Part shown: piece by piece, positions 18,531 through 27,408 of the stretch
Position numbering within the stretch: position 1 is the first letter of the stretch
How the letters are laid out: every line of letters begins with the position of its first letter
Assembly (NCBI GenBank): GCA_035935465.1
Contig: DASYXA010000065.1
Span: 9,172 to 73,171 of the forward strand
Source: Candidatus Limnocylindria bacterium
Lineage (GTDB): Bacteria > Chloroflexota > Limnocylindria > P2-11E
Direction of reading: 5' to 3'
Length of the DNA: 64,000 nt
Position numbers and translations under genes: made by a program
The notes under the pieces: generated by a model
Databases searched by the model: none
What the model was told of the DNA's origin: nothing
What the model saw: the letters and a program-made list of their open reading frames with translations, nothing else

Positions 18531-18577
18531 TTGACATTCGGGGTGTCTCTGTGATAGAACAGATGTTCTAGAGACAC
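18531..18577 (+). promoter_or_regulatory. Sigma-70-like promoter (TTGACA-17-gATAGAAC) with an embedded LexA SOS box TAGAACAGATGTTCTA inside a larger dyad (GTGTCTCT...AGAGACAC).
   Basis: GAAC-N4-GTTC core at 18557–18568 overlaps the -10 region. A T-rich UP-like tract (GATTTTTCGGGTTTTT) lies just upstream. The promoter sits 50–90 nt before the first HNH gene. Confidence 0.65.
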
Positions 18578-18620
18578 GGAACGGCGCGAAGAGTGGCTCG
18601 CAGCCGCGGTCTCGGGTGTC

Positions 18621-19097
18621 GTGGTGTCCGATCCCGTAGCGATGCGCACCTGCGCCCGCTGCCAGGTGGCGAAACCGGTGGTCGAGTTCGCGCTGAAGAG
18701 CGCCGCGCGAGGCACGTACCGGTCCTACTGCCGGCCGTGCTGCAGCGACTACGGCAAGGAGCACTACCGGAAGAACATCGCGAGCTACCTCAGCCGGTCG
18801 AAGATGCGCGGCCCGATCGACCGACTTCGGAACCGCCGGTTCGTAGCGGCATACCTCGCCGCACACCCTTGTGTGGATTGCGGCGAGGCTGATCCGATCG
18901 TGCTCGAATTCGATCACCGCGACCCGACAACGAAACGATCGGATGTGGGTCGGCTGATCCACACGAGCACCGTTGGCATCGTGCGCGCCGAGATCGAGAA
19001 GTGCGATGTCCGCTGCGGCAACTGCCATCGCATCCGCACCGCGACGCAGTTCGGCTGGTATCGCCTTGGAGAGGCTCTCGGTGCGTATCTCATCTGA
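18621..19097 (+). CDS. HNH-endonuclease-domain protein with N-terminal Cys4 zinc ribbon (paralog 1).
   Basis: CARC..YRSYCRPCC...HPCVDCG...VLEFDHRDP...EIEKCDVRCGNCHR. Immediately followed by a paralog with the same motif order. Confidence 0.75.
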   Translation: MVSDPVAMRTCARCQVAKPVVEFALKSAARGTYRSYCRPCCSDYGKEHYRKNIASYLSRSKMRGPIDRLRNRRFVAAYLAAHPCVDCGEADPIVLEFDHRDPTTKRSDVGRLIHTSTVGIVRAEIEKCDVRCGNCHRIRTATQFGWYRLGEALGAYLI

Positions 19098-19542
19098 GGA
19101 CAGGCTCTATCGGTGCAGCGCGTGCGGCGCGATGAAACCGGCAAGCAACTTCTCCTATTCGGATCAAGCCCGAGGCCTTTTGAACTCGTACTGCCGAACG
19201 TGCCACGCCGCATATCGGCATGCTCACTACATCGCGAACAAGGCCGATTACATCCGGCGTGCCATCGCGCAGACGCATGCGCGACGGGTAGAGAACCGGC
19301 GGGAGATCTTGCGATACCTGGCATCGCACCCTTGCGTCGACTGCGGACTGACGAACGTGATCGTGCTCGAGTTCGATCACCGCGACCCACGGAACAAGCT
19401 CGGCAACGTCGGCACCATGATGCTGAGCAGGCGCTGGCAGCGCGTGCGGGCGGAGATCGAGAAATGCGACGTGCGCTGCGTCAACTGCCACAGGCGCAAG
19501 ACCGCCGTGACCCTGAATTGGCGGATGAGGGGAGCGTCGTAG
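19081..19542 (+). CDS. HNH-endonuclease-domain protein (paralog 2). GTG start overlaps the end of paralog 1.
   Basis: CSACG..YCRTCH..HPCVDCG..VLEFDHRDP..EIEKCDVRCVNCHR. GGAGAGG SD before the GTG at 19081. The tracked N-terminal 36 aa overlap gene 1 in another frame and are rejected. Confidence 0.7.
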   Translation: MRISSEDRLYRCSACGAMKPASNFSYSDQARGLLNSYCRTCHAAYRHAHYIANKADYIRRAIAQTHARRVENRREILRYLASHPCVDCGLTNVIVLEFDHRDPRNKLGNVGTMMLSRRWQRVRAEIEKCDVRCVNCHRRKTAVTLNWRMRGAS

Positions 19543-19545
19543 AAT
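19518..19545 (+). promoter_or_regulatory. Putative tRNA promoter TTGGCG-16-TAGAAT ending 10 nt before the tRNA 5' end.
   Basis: Hexamer spacing and distance to the mature tRNA 5' end. Confidence 0.35.
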
Positions 19546-19555
19546 TTGCGCACGT

Positions 19556-19626
19556 GCGGGTGTGTTGAAGTGGCATCAAAGGATCTTCCCAAGATTCGAT
19601 CGCGGGTTCGATTCCCGCCACCCGCT
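19556..19626 (+). tRNA. tRNA-Gly (anticodon CCC), 71 nt, CCA not encoded.
   Basis: Hand-folded cloverleaf. Acceptor GCGGGTG/CACCCGC (7 bp), D arm TTGA-AGTGGCA-TCAA, anticodon arm GGATC-TTCCCAA-GATTC, variable loop GATC, T arm GCGGG-TTCGATT-CCCGC, discriminator T. Confidence 0.85.
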
Positions 19627-19662
19627 CAGTGATCGGGAAACGACTCACTAGTCTCTAGCCCG

Positions 19663-20856
19663 ATGCGCACCCCCTCCGGCTGGCGTCTCATGCTCACGCT
19701 CTTCACCCTCGCATCGTTCATCGAAGTCGTCGCGTACGGCCAGCTCGCGGCGTTCACCCCGCTGCACCTCCCGACGATCGGCGTCCCGCCCGAGGACGTC
19801 CCGGTGGCGGTCGGCCTCATCACCGCGGGCGTGAACGTCATCGGCCTGCTGTTCCTGCCGTTCTGGGGCGTGCTCGCCGATCGCTACGGCCGCAAGCCGC
19901 TGATCATCCGGTCATTCGTCGCGACCGGCGCGGGCCTCGCCGTCGCGGCGGTCGGCCGCAGCGTCTGGCTCTTCACGCTGGGCCGCGGGCTCAACTCGCT
20001 CAACCTCGGCAACAGCGGACTGATGATGACGACGCTCCAGGAATCGGCGCCCGCACGACGCCTGGGCTTCGCGTTCGGCGTGGTGAACGGCGCGGGCCCG
20101 CTCGGTGCGTTCATCGGTCCCCTCGTCGGCGGCCCGCTCGTCGACCGTTACGGCTTCAACGTCGTGCTCGGCATCGACGCGGCGCTCCTCGCGGGCGTCG
20201 TCCTCGCGCTGACGCTCGGCTACCGCGACGCCTTCGTGCCATCACCCGCGCGGCCGCCGATCCTGCGCGCCGCGTTCGAGGGGCTCCGCATCATCCGGAG
20301 CTCGCCCCGGCTGCGGGCACTCTTCCCCGCCCTGCTGGTCGTGTTCGCCGGCTGGATGCTCACGTTCATCTACCTGCCGCTCGTGGTCCAGCGGATCCAT
20401 GGCGATGAGGGACTCGGCACGGCGGTCGGCATCGCGCTCGGGGCGAGCGGGCTCGTCACGCTCCTCGCCTCGCCGGCCATCGGTGCGATCGCCGACCGGC
20501 ATGGGCACTGGCGCGTGCTCTACATCGCGGCCATCGCGGACGGGATCCTGTGGCTCGCTCCATGGTTCACCCGTGAGTACTGGCCGTTCGTCATCGCGTT
20601 CGCGGTGGTGAGCGGGATCGGCAGCGGGGTCTTCAGCCTCAGCTTCAACGTCCTGGCTTCCTCCGCGACGGATGCCGCACGCGCGCGCGTGATGACCTTC
20701 GCGTACCTGCCGTTGAATCTCGGATTCATCGTCGGCCCCGGCGTCGGCGCGTTCCTCGTGGGCCGCGACGTGTTCGCCATCTTCCCCGCGGCGACGGCGT
20801 TCGAGCTCGTGGGCGTCGCCCTCCTCGCGAACGCCGCGCGGAAGCGCATCGCGTGA
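19663..20856 (+). CDS. MFS transporter.
   Basis: Twelve-TM profile with the G-x3-D-R/K-x-G-R-K-like loop GVLADRYGRKP. Confidence 0.85.
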   Translation: MRTPSGWRLMLTLFTLASFIEVVAYGQLAAFTPLHLPTIGVPPEDVPVAVGLITAGVNVIGLLFLPFWGVLADRYGRKPLIIRSFVATGAGLAVAAVGRSVWLFTLGRGLNSLNLGNSGLMMTTLQESAPARRLGFAFGVVNGAGPLGAFIGPLVGGPLVDRYGFNVVLGIDAALLAGVVLALTLGYRDAFVPSPARPPILRAAFEGLRIIRSSPRLRALFPALLVVFAGWMLTFIYLPLVVQRIHGDEGLGTAVGIALGASGLVTLLASPAIGAIADRHGHWRVLYIAAIADGILWLAPWFTREYWPFVIAFAVVSGIGSGVFSLSFNVLASSATDAARARVMTFAYLPLNLGFIVGPGVGAFLVGRDVFAIFPAATAFELVGVALLANAARKRIA

Positions 20857-20866
20857 CAATGACGCT

Positions 20867-21763
20867 ATGATCGCCGCACGCGACCGTGGACCCCTCCTCG
20901 CATTCGCCGTTGCCGTGCTCATCGGTGGCCTCAACTTCGTCGCCGTGCGCTTCAGCAACCGCGAGCTCCCGCCGTTCGAGGGCGCCGCGTTCCGATTCGC
21001 CGCGGCATCGCTCCTGTTCCTCGCATATGCGCGGACCCGCGGCATCCCGCTCCCGCGTGGCCGCGGTCTCACCGGTGCCCTCCTGTTCGGACTGCTCGGC
21101 TTCTCGGGCGCGTACGCGTTCCTCTATTGGGGTCTCGTGAGCGCGCCGGCGGCGATGGGCTCCATCGCGCTCGCGCTCGTGCCGGTGGCGACGCCTCTGC
21201 TCGCGACCGCACACGGCCTGGAGCGTCTTCGGGCACGAAGCCTGGTCGGCGGCGGACTCGCGGCGGCTGGCATCGCCGTCGTGCTCAGCGATCAGCTCGC
21301 GACCGCGATCCCGTTGGCCTCGGTGATCGCGCTGCTGCTCGCGGCACTCGCGGCGGCGGAATCGGGCGTCGTCGTCAAGTTCTTCCCGCGCAGCCATCCG
21401 GCGGCGACGAACGGCGTGGCGATGGCGGTCGGCGCCGGCGCGCTCGTGGCCATCTCGCTGATCGCCCGCGAGCCCTGGATCGTGCCGGCGCAGCCGGCGA
21501 CGCTCATCGCGTACGGGTACATCGTCGCGAGCACGATCGTCCTGTTCGTCGCCGTCCTCTACATCCTCGGCCGGTGGTCGGCATCCGCGACGTCGCTCCT
21601 GTTCCCGCTGCAACCGCTCGTGACGGTGGTGGCGGCGAGCATCCTCGCGGGCGAAGGTGTCGCCCTTGCGTTCGTCGCTGGCGCGGTCATCGTGCTGCTG
21701 GGCGTCCTCATCGCGTCAGGCGTGCGGATGCGCCGGGCGCGACTCACGAGTCAGACCTCGTAG
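20867..21763 (+). CDS. EamA/DMT-superfamily transporter.
   Basis: Two repeated five-TM EamA-like halves, Ala/Leu/Gly-rich, 298 aa. Confidence 0.8.
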   Translation: MIAARDRGPLLAFAVAVLIGGLNFVAVRFSNRELPPFEGAAFRFAAASLLFLAYARTRGIPLPRGRGLTGALLFGLLGFSGAYAFLYWGLVSAPAAMGSIALALVPVATPLLATAHGLERLRARSLVGGGLAAAGIAVVLSDQLATAIPLASVIALLLAALAAAESGVVVKFFPRSHPAATNGVAMAVGAGALVAISLIAREPWIVPAQPATLIAYGYIVASTIVLFVAVLYILGRWSASATSLLFPLQPLVTVVAASILAGEGVALAFVAGAVIVLLGVLIASGVRMRRARLTSQTS

Positions 21764-22161
21764 CGGTAGAGCCGCCGTACGGCGATGGCGTACGTGACCC
21801 GCTCCTCGGACGACCACACGGTCCGGGTCTGGCGCTCGGCGGCGGCCTCGCCGTTGTAGCGCACGCCGAGGTCGTGGATGTCCCGCACCGCCTCCGCGCC
21901 GGTGGCGACCACGCGGGCCGGCCCCTCGACCCGCACGTAGCGCTCCATCTCACCGACGAGCACGGACGCGCGCGGGTCGTGCTCGAGGTTCCGCGCTTTC
22001 GACCGAGGGACCGTGGTGTTCACGATGAGCTCGTCGCCGCGCCGCGCGTACCACACGACCGTGAGCTGCGGCGAGCCGTCGGGGCGGATCGTCGCGAGGA
22101 CCGCGAGCCGCGGCGCATCGAGGAACGCGCGCACCTCGTCGGGCAGCTTCACCGATCTCAC
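21751..22161 (-). CDS. PPOX-class F420-dependent / pyridoxamine-5'-phosphate-oxidase-like small FMN-binding split-barrel protein.
   Basis: GTG start VRSVKLPDEVRAFLDAPRLAVLATIRPDGSPQLTVVWYARRGDELIVNTT, 136 aa. The tracked 480-aa ORF upstream part is antisense junk. Confidence 0.75.
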   Translation of the reverse strand: MRSVKLPDEVRAFLDAPRLAVLATIRPDGSPQLTVVWYARRGDELIVNTTVPRSKARNLEHDPRASVLVGEMERYVRVEGPARVVATGAEAVRDIHDLGVRYNGEAAAERQTRTVWSSEERVTYAIAVRRLYRYEV

Positions 22162-22182
22162 GCTAGCGCTAGCCTGATCGCC

Positions 22183-23163
22183 GTGCGGTACGACGTGCAC
22201 ACCCACCACTACCCGAACGCGTACTTCGAGCTGATCGAGCGGAGCGGCGGCGACTTCTCGTTCGGCACCGATCCCTCGGGCCAGACGATCATCCGGTACC
22301 GGGGCTCGCGCTTCTTCGGCGTCACCGCGCCGATGACCGACCCGGCGCTCCGTCTCGCCGACATGGACCGCGCCGGGATCGACGTGGCGGTGCTGTCGCT
22401 CTCGACGCCGAACGTCTTCTTCGCGGAGGGCGCCGCGCAGGCACCCGTGGCGCGGATGGTCAACGACCACTACGCCGAGCTCGTCGCGGCGCACCCCGAT
22501 CGGTTCAAGGGCTTCGCCTCCATCCCGATGGACGACCCCGACGCGGCGATCGGCGAGCTCCATCGCGCGATCGACACGCTGAAGCTCAACGGCGCGATCC
22601 TGCTCAGCAACATCCGCGGGCGTGCGCTCGATGACCCGGCGTACCGCCCGTTCTTCAAGGAGGCCGACCGGATGAAGCTCTGCATCCTCCTGCACCCGAT
22701 GCTGCCGGCGAGCGCGGACGCGTTCCGTGACTTCGTCCTCGGTCCGCTCGTGGGCTTCCCGTTCGACACCACGCTCGCGGTCGCGCGGATGTGCTTCAGC
22801 GGCATGCTGCGTGAGCTGCCGAACATCCGCTGGATCGTGGCCCACGCCGGCGGCGCGATCCCGTTCCTCGCCGAACGGCTCGACAACGGATACCGCGACT
22901 TCGCCGAGGACCGTGCGCAGATCGATGACCTGCCGAGCACGTACCTCAAGCGGCTGACGTACGACACGGTGACGTTCAGCCCGCACGTGCTGCGGCTGCT
23001 GCGCGACTGGGCCGGCGCCGAGCGGATGGCGATGGGCAGCGACTATCCGCACAAGCTCGGCGACATCACGCGGGCCGTGACGACGATCGAGGCGCTCGAC
23101 GTGAGCGGGGCCGAGCGCGAGCGGATCTTCAGCGGGACCGCGAGGGCGATCCTCAACGGCTGA
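22183..23163 (+). CDS. Amidohydrolase-2 (ACMSD/TIM-barrel metal-dependent hydrolase) family protein.
   Basis: N-terminal metal-binding HxH in VRYDVHTHHYP, then ...VAHAGGAIPF...GSDYPH. GTG start at 22183. The first 350 aa of the tracked 678-aa ORF are rejected. Confidence 0.8.
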   Translation: MRYDVHTHHYPNAYFELIERSGGDFSFGTDPSGQTIIRYRGSRFFGVTAPMTDPALRLADMDRAGIDVAVLSLSTPNVFFAEGAAQAPVARMVNDHYAELVAAHPDRFKGFASIPMDDPDAAIGELHRAIDTLKLNGAILLSNIRGRALDDPAYRPFFKEADRMKLCILLHPMLPASADAFRDFVLGPLVGFPFDTTLAVARMCFSGMLRELPNIRWIVAHAGGAIPFLAERLDNGYRDFAEDRAQIDDLPSTYLKRLTYDTVTFSPHVLRLLRDWAGAERMAMGSDYPHKLGDITRAVTTIEALDVSGAERERIFSGTARAILNG

Positions 23164-23164
23164 T

Positions 23165-23734
23165 ATGCGAGAGCTCATCGCGACGGTGTTCAACTACTCG
23201 CTCGACGGCCTTCTCGCCGACGAGGGCACCGAGTTCTGGACGTTCTGCTTCGACCAGCCCGGGAACCGTGAGCCCAACGACCCGGTGCAGCTCGACTTTC
23301 TCCGGAGCGCGTACGCGCACCTCATGGGCCGCACCGCCTACGAGGCGATCGCCAGATCCATGACCGCGACGGCCACCGACCACCCGTTCGCCGACATCCT
23401 GAACGCCGGGCGAAAGGTCGTCTTCTCCCGGACCCTCAAGACGGCCGGTTGGGCCAACACCACGATCGCCGCGGGCGACACGACCGCAGAGATCGAGCGG
23501 CTCAGGCAGGGCGGCGACGGCCACATCGTGGTGTGGGGCGGCGTCAGGCTCTGGCGGTCGCTCATGCGGCTCGATCTGATCGACGAGCTCCGGCTGACGT
23601 TGTTCCCCTACGTTGCGGGCGAAGGTACCCGGCTGTTCGACGGCGAGCCCACGTCGTACCAGCTCGACCTGCTCTCCAGCACCGCCTCGGGTGGCGGGGT
23701 CCTCGAGTTGCGGTACCGCCGGCACCGTACCTAG
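23165..23734 (+). CDS. Dihydrofolate-reductase-like (RibD C-terminal domain) family protein.
   Basis: GRKVVFSRTL...HIVVWGGVRLWRSLMRLDLIDELRLTLFPYVAGEGTRLF is the RibD_C/DHFR fold signature. Its start lies 1 nt after the upstream stop. Confidence 0.75.
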   Translation: MRELIATVFNYSLDGLLADEGTEFWTFCFDQPGNREPNDPVQLDFLRSAYAHLMGRTAYEAIARSMTATATDHPFADILNAGRKVVFSRTLKTAGWANTTIAAGDTTAEIERLRQGGDGHIVVWGGVRLWRSLMRLDLIDELRLTLFPYVAGEGTRLFDGEPTSYQLDLLSSTASGGGVLELRYRRHRT

Positions 23735-24993
23735 CCGGCGTCCGCGACCTCATCGCGGTGCGCGCGGAAGCGCCTGATCTCCGGGATCCACGCCGCGATC
23801 GCGAAGACGGACGCGACGCAGGCCACGCCGCCGGACACCACCGAGGCCACCGGGGACCAGAGCGCCGCGACGGCACCCGACTCGAACTGGCCGAGCTGCG
23901 GTCCGCCGAGCACGAACATGATGTTGATCGCGTTCAAGCGGCCACGGAGCGAGTCCGGAACGATCATCTGCAGGATCGTCCCGCGGAAGATCGAGCTCAC
24001 CGCATCCGCACCGTTCGCGATCGCGAGCAGCGCGAGCGCAGGCACGAACCAGCGCTCGTCGAGCACTCCGAACACCGCGATCGACAGACCCCAGACCGCG
24101 ACGGCGACGAGGACGGTGAGCCCCTGCCGCTGGACACGGGCCGTCCAGCCCGAGGCGACCGCGGCGACGAGGGCGCCCGCGCCCATCGACGCGTAGAGCA
24201 GGCCGAGCCCTTCCGGTCCGACGTGGAAGACGCGCTCGGCGTAATACGGGAACAACGCCCGGGGCGATCCGAAGAACGTCGCGAGGAAGTCGAGGGCCAT
24301 CGTCGCAAGGAGGATCCGCGTCGCCCCGAGATAGCGGACCCCCTCTGCCAGTGAGCGCAGCACCGGCTGCCGTTCGGCCGGGGCACGCGGAGGCGTGCGC
24401 ATCATCCACACGGCGATGAAGGAAGCGACGAACGAGATCACGTCGAGCCAGTACGCGCCGGCAAGGCCGAAGCGGGCGATGACGAGGCCCGCGAGGACGG
24501 ATCCGAAGACCAGCGCGAACTGGAAGATCGTTTGGTTGAGGGCCATCGCGGCGCGGATGAGCCGCCGTTCGACGAGCGTTGGCGCGATCGACGCGCGGGT
24601 CGGATTGTCGAGCGCCGAGAAGCACGCACCGACCGCCGTGAGCACGTAGAGGAGGGGGACCGACGCGAGACCGGCTTGCGTCGCGACGGCGAGGGCCAGG
24701 GAGACGACGGCCAGTCCGGTCTGAGTGACGAGGAGGAGCCGGCGGCGATCGACCGCATCCGCGATGACACCGCCGAACAGCGAAAGCAGCAGCAGCGGCA
24801 CGGCCTGGAACACACCGATGAGCCCCACCGCGAACGACGACCCGGTGAGCAGGAAGATCTGGTACGGCAGCGCGACCAGGCGCAGCTGGCTCCCGCTCAG
24901 CGAGATGAGCTGGCCGACCCAGAGCAGCCGGAACGATCGCGACTCGCGCAGCGGGGCGGTATCGGGGAGCAGGAGCTGGCGCCAGCCGGTCAC
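23731..24993 (-). CDS. MFS transporter (EntS/MFS_3-like).
   Basis: Twelve predicted TM helices. GTG start MTGWRQLLLPDTAPLRESRSFRLLWVGQ was chosen so as not to overlap the upstream PRTase gene. Confidence 0.75.
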   Translation of the reverse strand: MTGWRQLLLPDTAPLRESRSFRLLWVGQLISLSGSQLRLVALPYQIFLLTGSSFAVGLIGVFQAVPLLLLSLFGGVIADAVDRRRLLLVTQTGLAVVSLALAVATQAGLASVPLLYVLTAVGACFSALDNPTRASIAPTLVERRLIRAAMALNQTIFQFALVFGSVLAGLVIARFGLAGAYWLDVISFVASFIAVWMMRTPPRAPAERQPVLRSLAEGVRYLGATRILLATMALDFLATFFGSPRALFPYYAERVFHVGPEGLGLLYASMGAGALVAAVASGWTARVQRQGLTVLVAVAVWGLSIAVFGVLDERWFVPALALLAIANGADAVSSIFRGTILQMIVPDSLRGRLNAINIMFVLGGPQLGQFESGAVAALWSPVASVVSGGVACVASVFAIAAWIPEIRRFRAHRDEVADAG

Positions 24994-25043
24994 GAGCGGC
25001 GGAGGTCGCGGCGGCGCGGGCGGGCGGCGTCGATGCTCGAACG

Positions 25044-25688
25044 TTAGAGGAGCGGCGCCCGCCGGCTCCGCGCGACGAGCTCGCGGACCGCGTCGTCGGA
25101 CACCGAGCCGAAGTCGTCGTAGTACCTGCCGACGGCGTGGAAGTCCTGGTACTCGCCGAGGCAGACCACGCCGTCGACCTCGCGGCGCAGCTCGGCGGCG
25201 GTCGGAGCCGCGCACACCGGTACCGCCACGATCAGGTGCTTCGGCTGGTGGTGCCTGACCGAGCGGACCGCGGCCGTCGCCGTCGCCCCGGTGGCGAGCC
25301 CGTCGTCGACCACGATCGCGGTCCTTCCACCCAGCGGCACCGCGGCGAGATCACCGCGATAGCGCGTCGCCAGCTCCGCGAGCTTCGCCGACTCGCGGGC
25401 CGCGGCGGCGTCGATGTCCGATCGGCCGAGCCCGGATGCGCCGATGACGTCATCGCGCAGCGCGATCACGCCGGGCGCGACCGCGCCGAACGCGAGCTCG
25501 GGCTGCCACGGGACGCCGAGCTTCCGAGCGACGACGATGTCGAGGGGCGCGGCGAGCGCATCGGCCACGCCGGCGGCGACCACGACCCCGCCGCGCGGCA
25601 GGCCGAGGACGACCGGATCGTCCAGCGGCTCCTCGCGTAGCCGGCGGCCGAGCGCGCCGCCGGCGTCGACGCGATCGCGGAACCTCAC
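25044..25688 (-). CDS. Phosphoribosyltransferase-domain protein (COG1926-like).
   Basis: VRFRDRVDAGGALGRRL... with the PRPP loop AIVVDDGLATGATATAAV. The GTG at 25688 overlaps the DUF983 stop (GTGA). Confidence 0.75.
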   Translation of the reverse strand: MRFRDRVDAGGALGRRLREEPLDDPVVLGLPRGGVVVAAGVADALAAPLDIVVARKLGVPWQPELAFGAVAPGVIALRDDVIGASGLGRSDIDAAAARESAKLAELATRYRGDLAAVPLGGRTAIVVDDGLATGATATAAVRSVRHHQPKHLIVAVPVCAAPTAAELRREVDGVVCLGEYQDFHAVGRYYDDFGSVSDDAVRELVARSRRAPLL

Positions 25689-26038
25689 CCGTCGCGATCC
25701 ACGTCTGGGTCGATCGGGTCGATCCGACGGTCGAGGTACATCCACAGCGCCCGTGCATATCGGAAGCACAGTGGCGATAGCGGCAGGAACGCCAGACCCG
25801 CGACGAGGAGCACCCACTCGAGGGACCAGCGCGTGGCCGCGAGGACCGCGAAGAACAGGATCGCGATGAGCCCGACCGCGAGGCCGTAGCTGATCGCCAT
25901 CGCACCGACGAAGTAGCCGTGCTCGCGCTCGTAGACCAATCCGCATTCGGGGCAGCGCTCGGGCATGTCGATGATCCCGGAGAACAGCCTGCCGCGGCGG
26001 CACCGCGGGCAGCGGAGCGTGAGGATGCCGCGGAGCAT
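25685..26038 (-). CDS. DUF983-family zinc-ribbon membrane protein.
   Basis: CPRC...CPECG zinc ribbon followed by two TM helices, 117 aa. Its ATG overlaps the M20 gene stop by 1 nt. Confidence 0.7.
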   Translation of the reverse strand: MLRGILTLRCPRCRRGRLFSGIIDMPERCPECGLVYEREHGYFVGAMAISYGLAVGLIAILFFAVLAATRWSLEWVLLVAGLAFLPLSPLCFRYARALWMYLDRRIDPIDPDVDRDG

Positions 26039-27396
26039 CAGCTCCGCCCCGTCGCTCCGAACAGGCCGAAGAACGTCGCCTCGGCGACGCAGACGTTCTC
26101 GAACTCGGCGAGGTGCAGGCTCTCGTTCTCGGAGTGCGCGTTCGACTGCGGATCCTCGACCCCCGTCACGAGCAATGCCGCCCCCGGGAACGTGCGCGCG
26201 AAGTCGAACAGGAACGGGATGCTCCCGCCCTGCCCGATGTCGATCGCCTCGCGTCCCCAGGCCGCGCCGAGCGCGCTCTTCAGCGCCCCGTAGGCCGGCC
26301 CGGTCGTCGCGCCGGTGAATGCCTCCCCCGTCGGCCCGCGCGTGATCTCGAGCTCGGCACCCCATGGGGCGTGCGACTCGAGGTGCCGCACGAGCGCGTC
26401 CTGCGCGGCTCTCGCGTCCTGACCCGGCGGCACGCGCATCGAGATACGCGCCGTCGCGACCGGCCAGAGCGTGTTGGACGCCTCCTTCACCGGCGTCGCG
26501 TCGAGCCCGATGATCGAGATCGACGGCTTGCGCCACAGGCGCGAGGTCATCGATCCATCACCGATCAGCTTCACCGACGGCCGCGTGCCGACCCAGCCCC
26601 GCAGCTCCTGTTCCGTGAGGTCGAGCGGGTCGGCGTCGTCGCGCTTCAGGCCGGGCACGGCGACGCTGCCGCGGTCGTCGTGCAGCGACGCGAGCAGCCG
26701 GCTCATCGCCATGAGGGCATCGGGCACCACGCCGCCGAAGCCGCCGCTGTGGACCGCGTGATCGCTCACCCGGAGCTCGACCGTCACGAGCGCGTTGCCA
26801 CGCAGCGTCGTCGTGATCGCGGGCTGGCCGATCCGCCAGTTCGCGGAATCGGCGATGATCACGGCGTCGCACGTCAGCGTGTCGCGCTCCGCGTCGAGGA
26901 AGTCCATCAGGTGCGTCGAGCCGGATTCCTCCTCGCCTTCGATGAACAGCGCGACGCCGCAGGGAGGCTTCCCGCCGTACGCGCGCAGCGCCGCGAGGTG
27001 CGCCGCGATGCCGGCCTTGTCGTCCGCGACCCCGCGCCCATAGAGCCGGCCATCGCGCTCCGTGGGCGTGAACGGGTCGGATGTCCACCGGTCGCGCGGT
27101 CCCGGCGGCTGCACATCGTGGTGCGCGTACAACAGGACGGTCGGCGTGCCCGCCGGCCCAGCGGCGCGGCCGACGACCGCGGGATGCGCCCCGTCCGTCT
27201 CGATGACCCTCGCCTCCACCCCCGCGGCCCTGAACAGCCCGGCCGTGAGCGTGGCGGTCTCGCGGACCGGCGCCGCGTCGTAGCCCGGCGCGCTCATCGA
27301 CGGGACCCGGGCGAGACGCTCGAGGCCCGCGCGCACGTCGGCCATCGCCGCGCGCACCTTGGGGCGGAGCTCCAGGGCGAGCTGTGTCGCGTTCAC
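26038..27396 (-). CDS. M20-family metallopeptidase / dipeptidase (ArgE/DapE-like).
   Basis: LLYAHHDVQPPG, GRGVADDKAGIAAHL and FIEGEEESGS are M20 metal-ligand motifs. Confidence 0.85.
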   Translation of the reverse strand: MNATQLALELRPKVRAAMADVRAGLERLARVPSMSAPGYDAAPVRETATLTAGLFRAAGVEARVIETDGAHPAVVGRAAGPAGTPTVLLYAHHDVQPPGPRDRWTSDPFTPTERDGRLYGRGVADDKAGIAAHLAALRAYGGKPPCGVALFIEGEEESGSTHLMDFLDAERDTLTCDAVIIADSANWRIGQPAITTTLRGNALVTVELRVSDHAVHSGGFGGVVPDALMAMSRLLASLHDDRGSVAVPGLKRDDADPLDLTEQELRGWVGTRPSVKLIGDGSMTSRLWRKPSISIIGLDATPVKEASNTLWPVATARISMRVPPGQDARAAQDALVRHLESHAPWGAELEITRGPTGEAFTGATTGPAYGALKSALGAAWGREAIDIGQGGSIPFLFDFARTFPGAALLVTGVEDPQSNAHSENESLHLAEFENVCVAEATFFGLFGATGRS

Positions 27397-27408
27397 GGTC
27401 CGCGCAGT

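Noticed and set aside
19549-19558. Perfect 10-bp palindrome CGCACGTGCG just before the tRNA.
   Set aside because: It has no loop and so cannot be a terminator hairpin. It overlaps the tRNA promoter and 5' acceptor stem, and there is no further evidence for a binding site.
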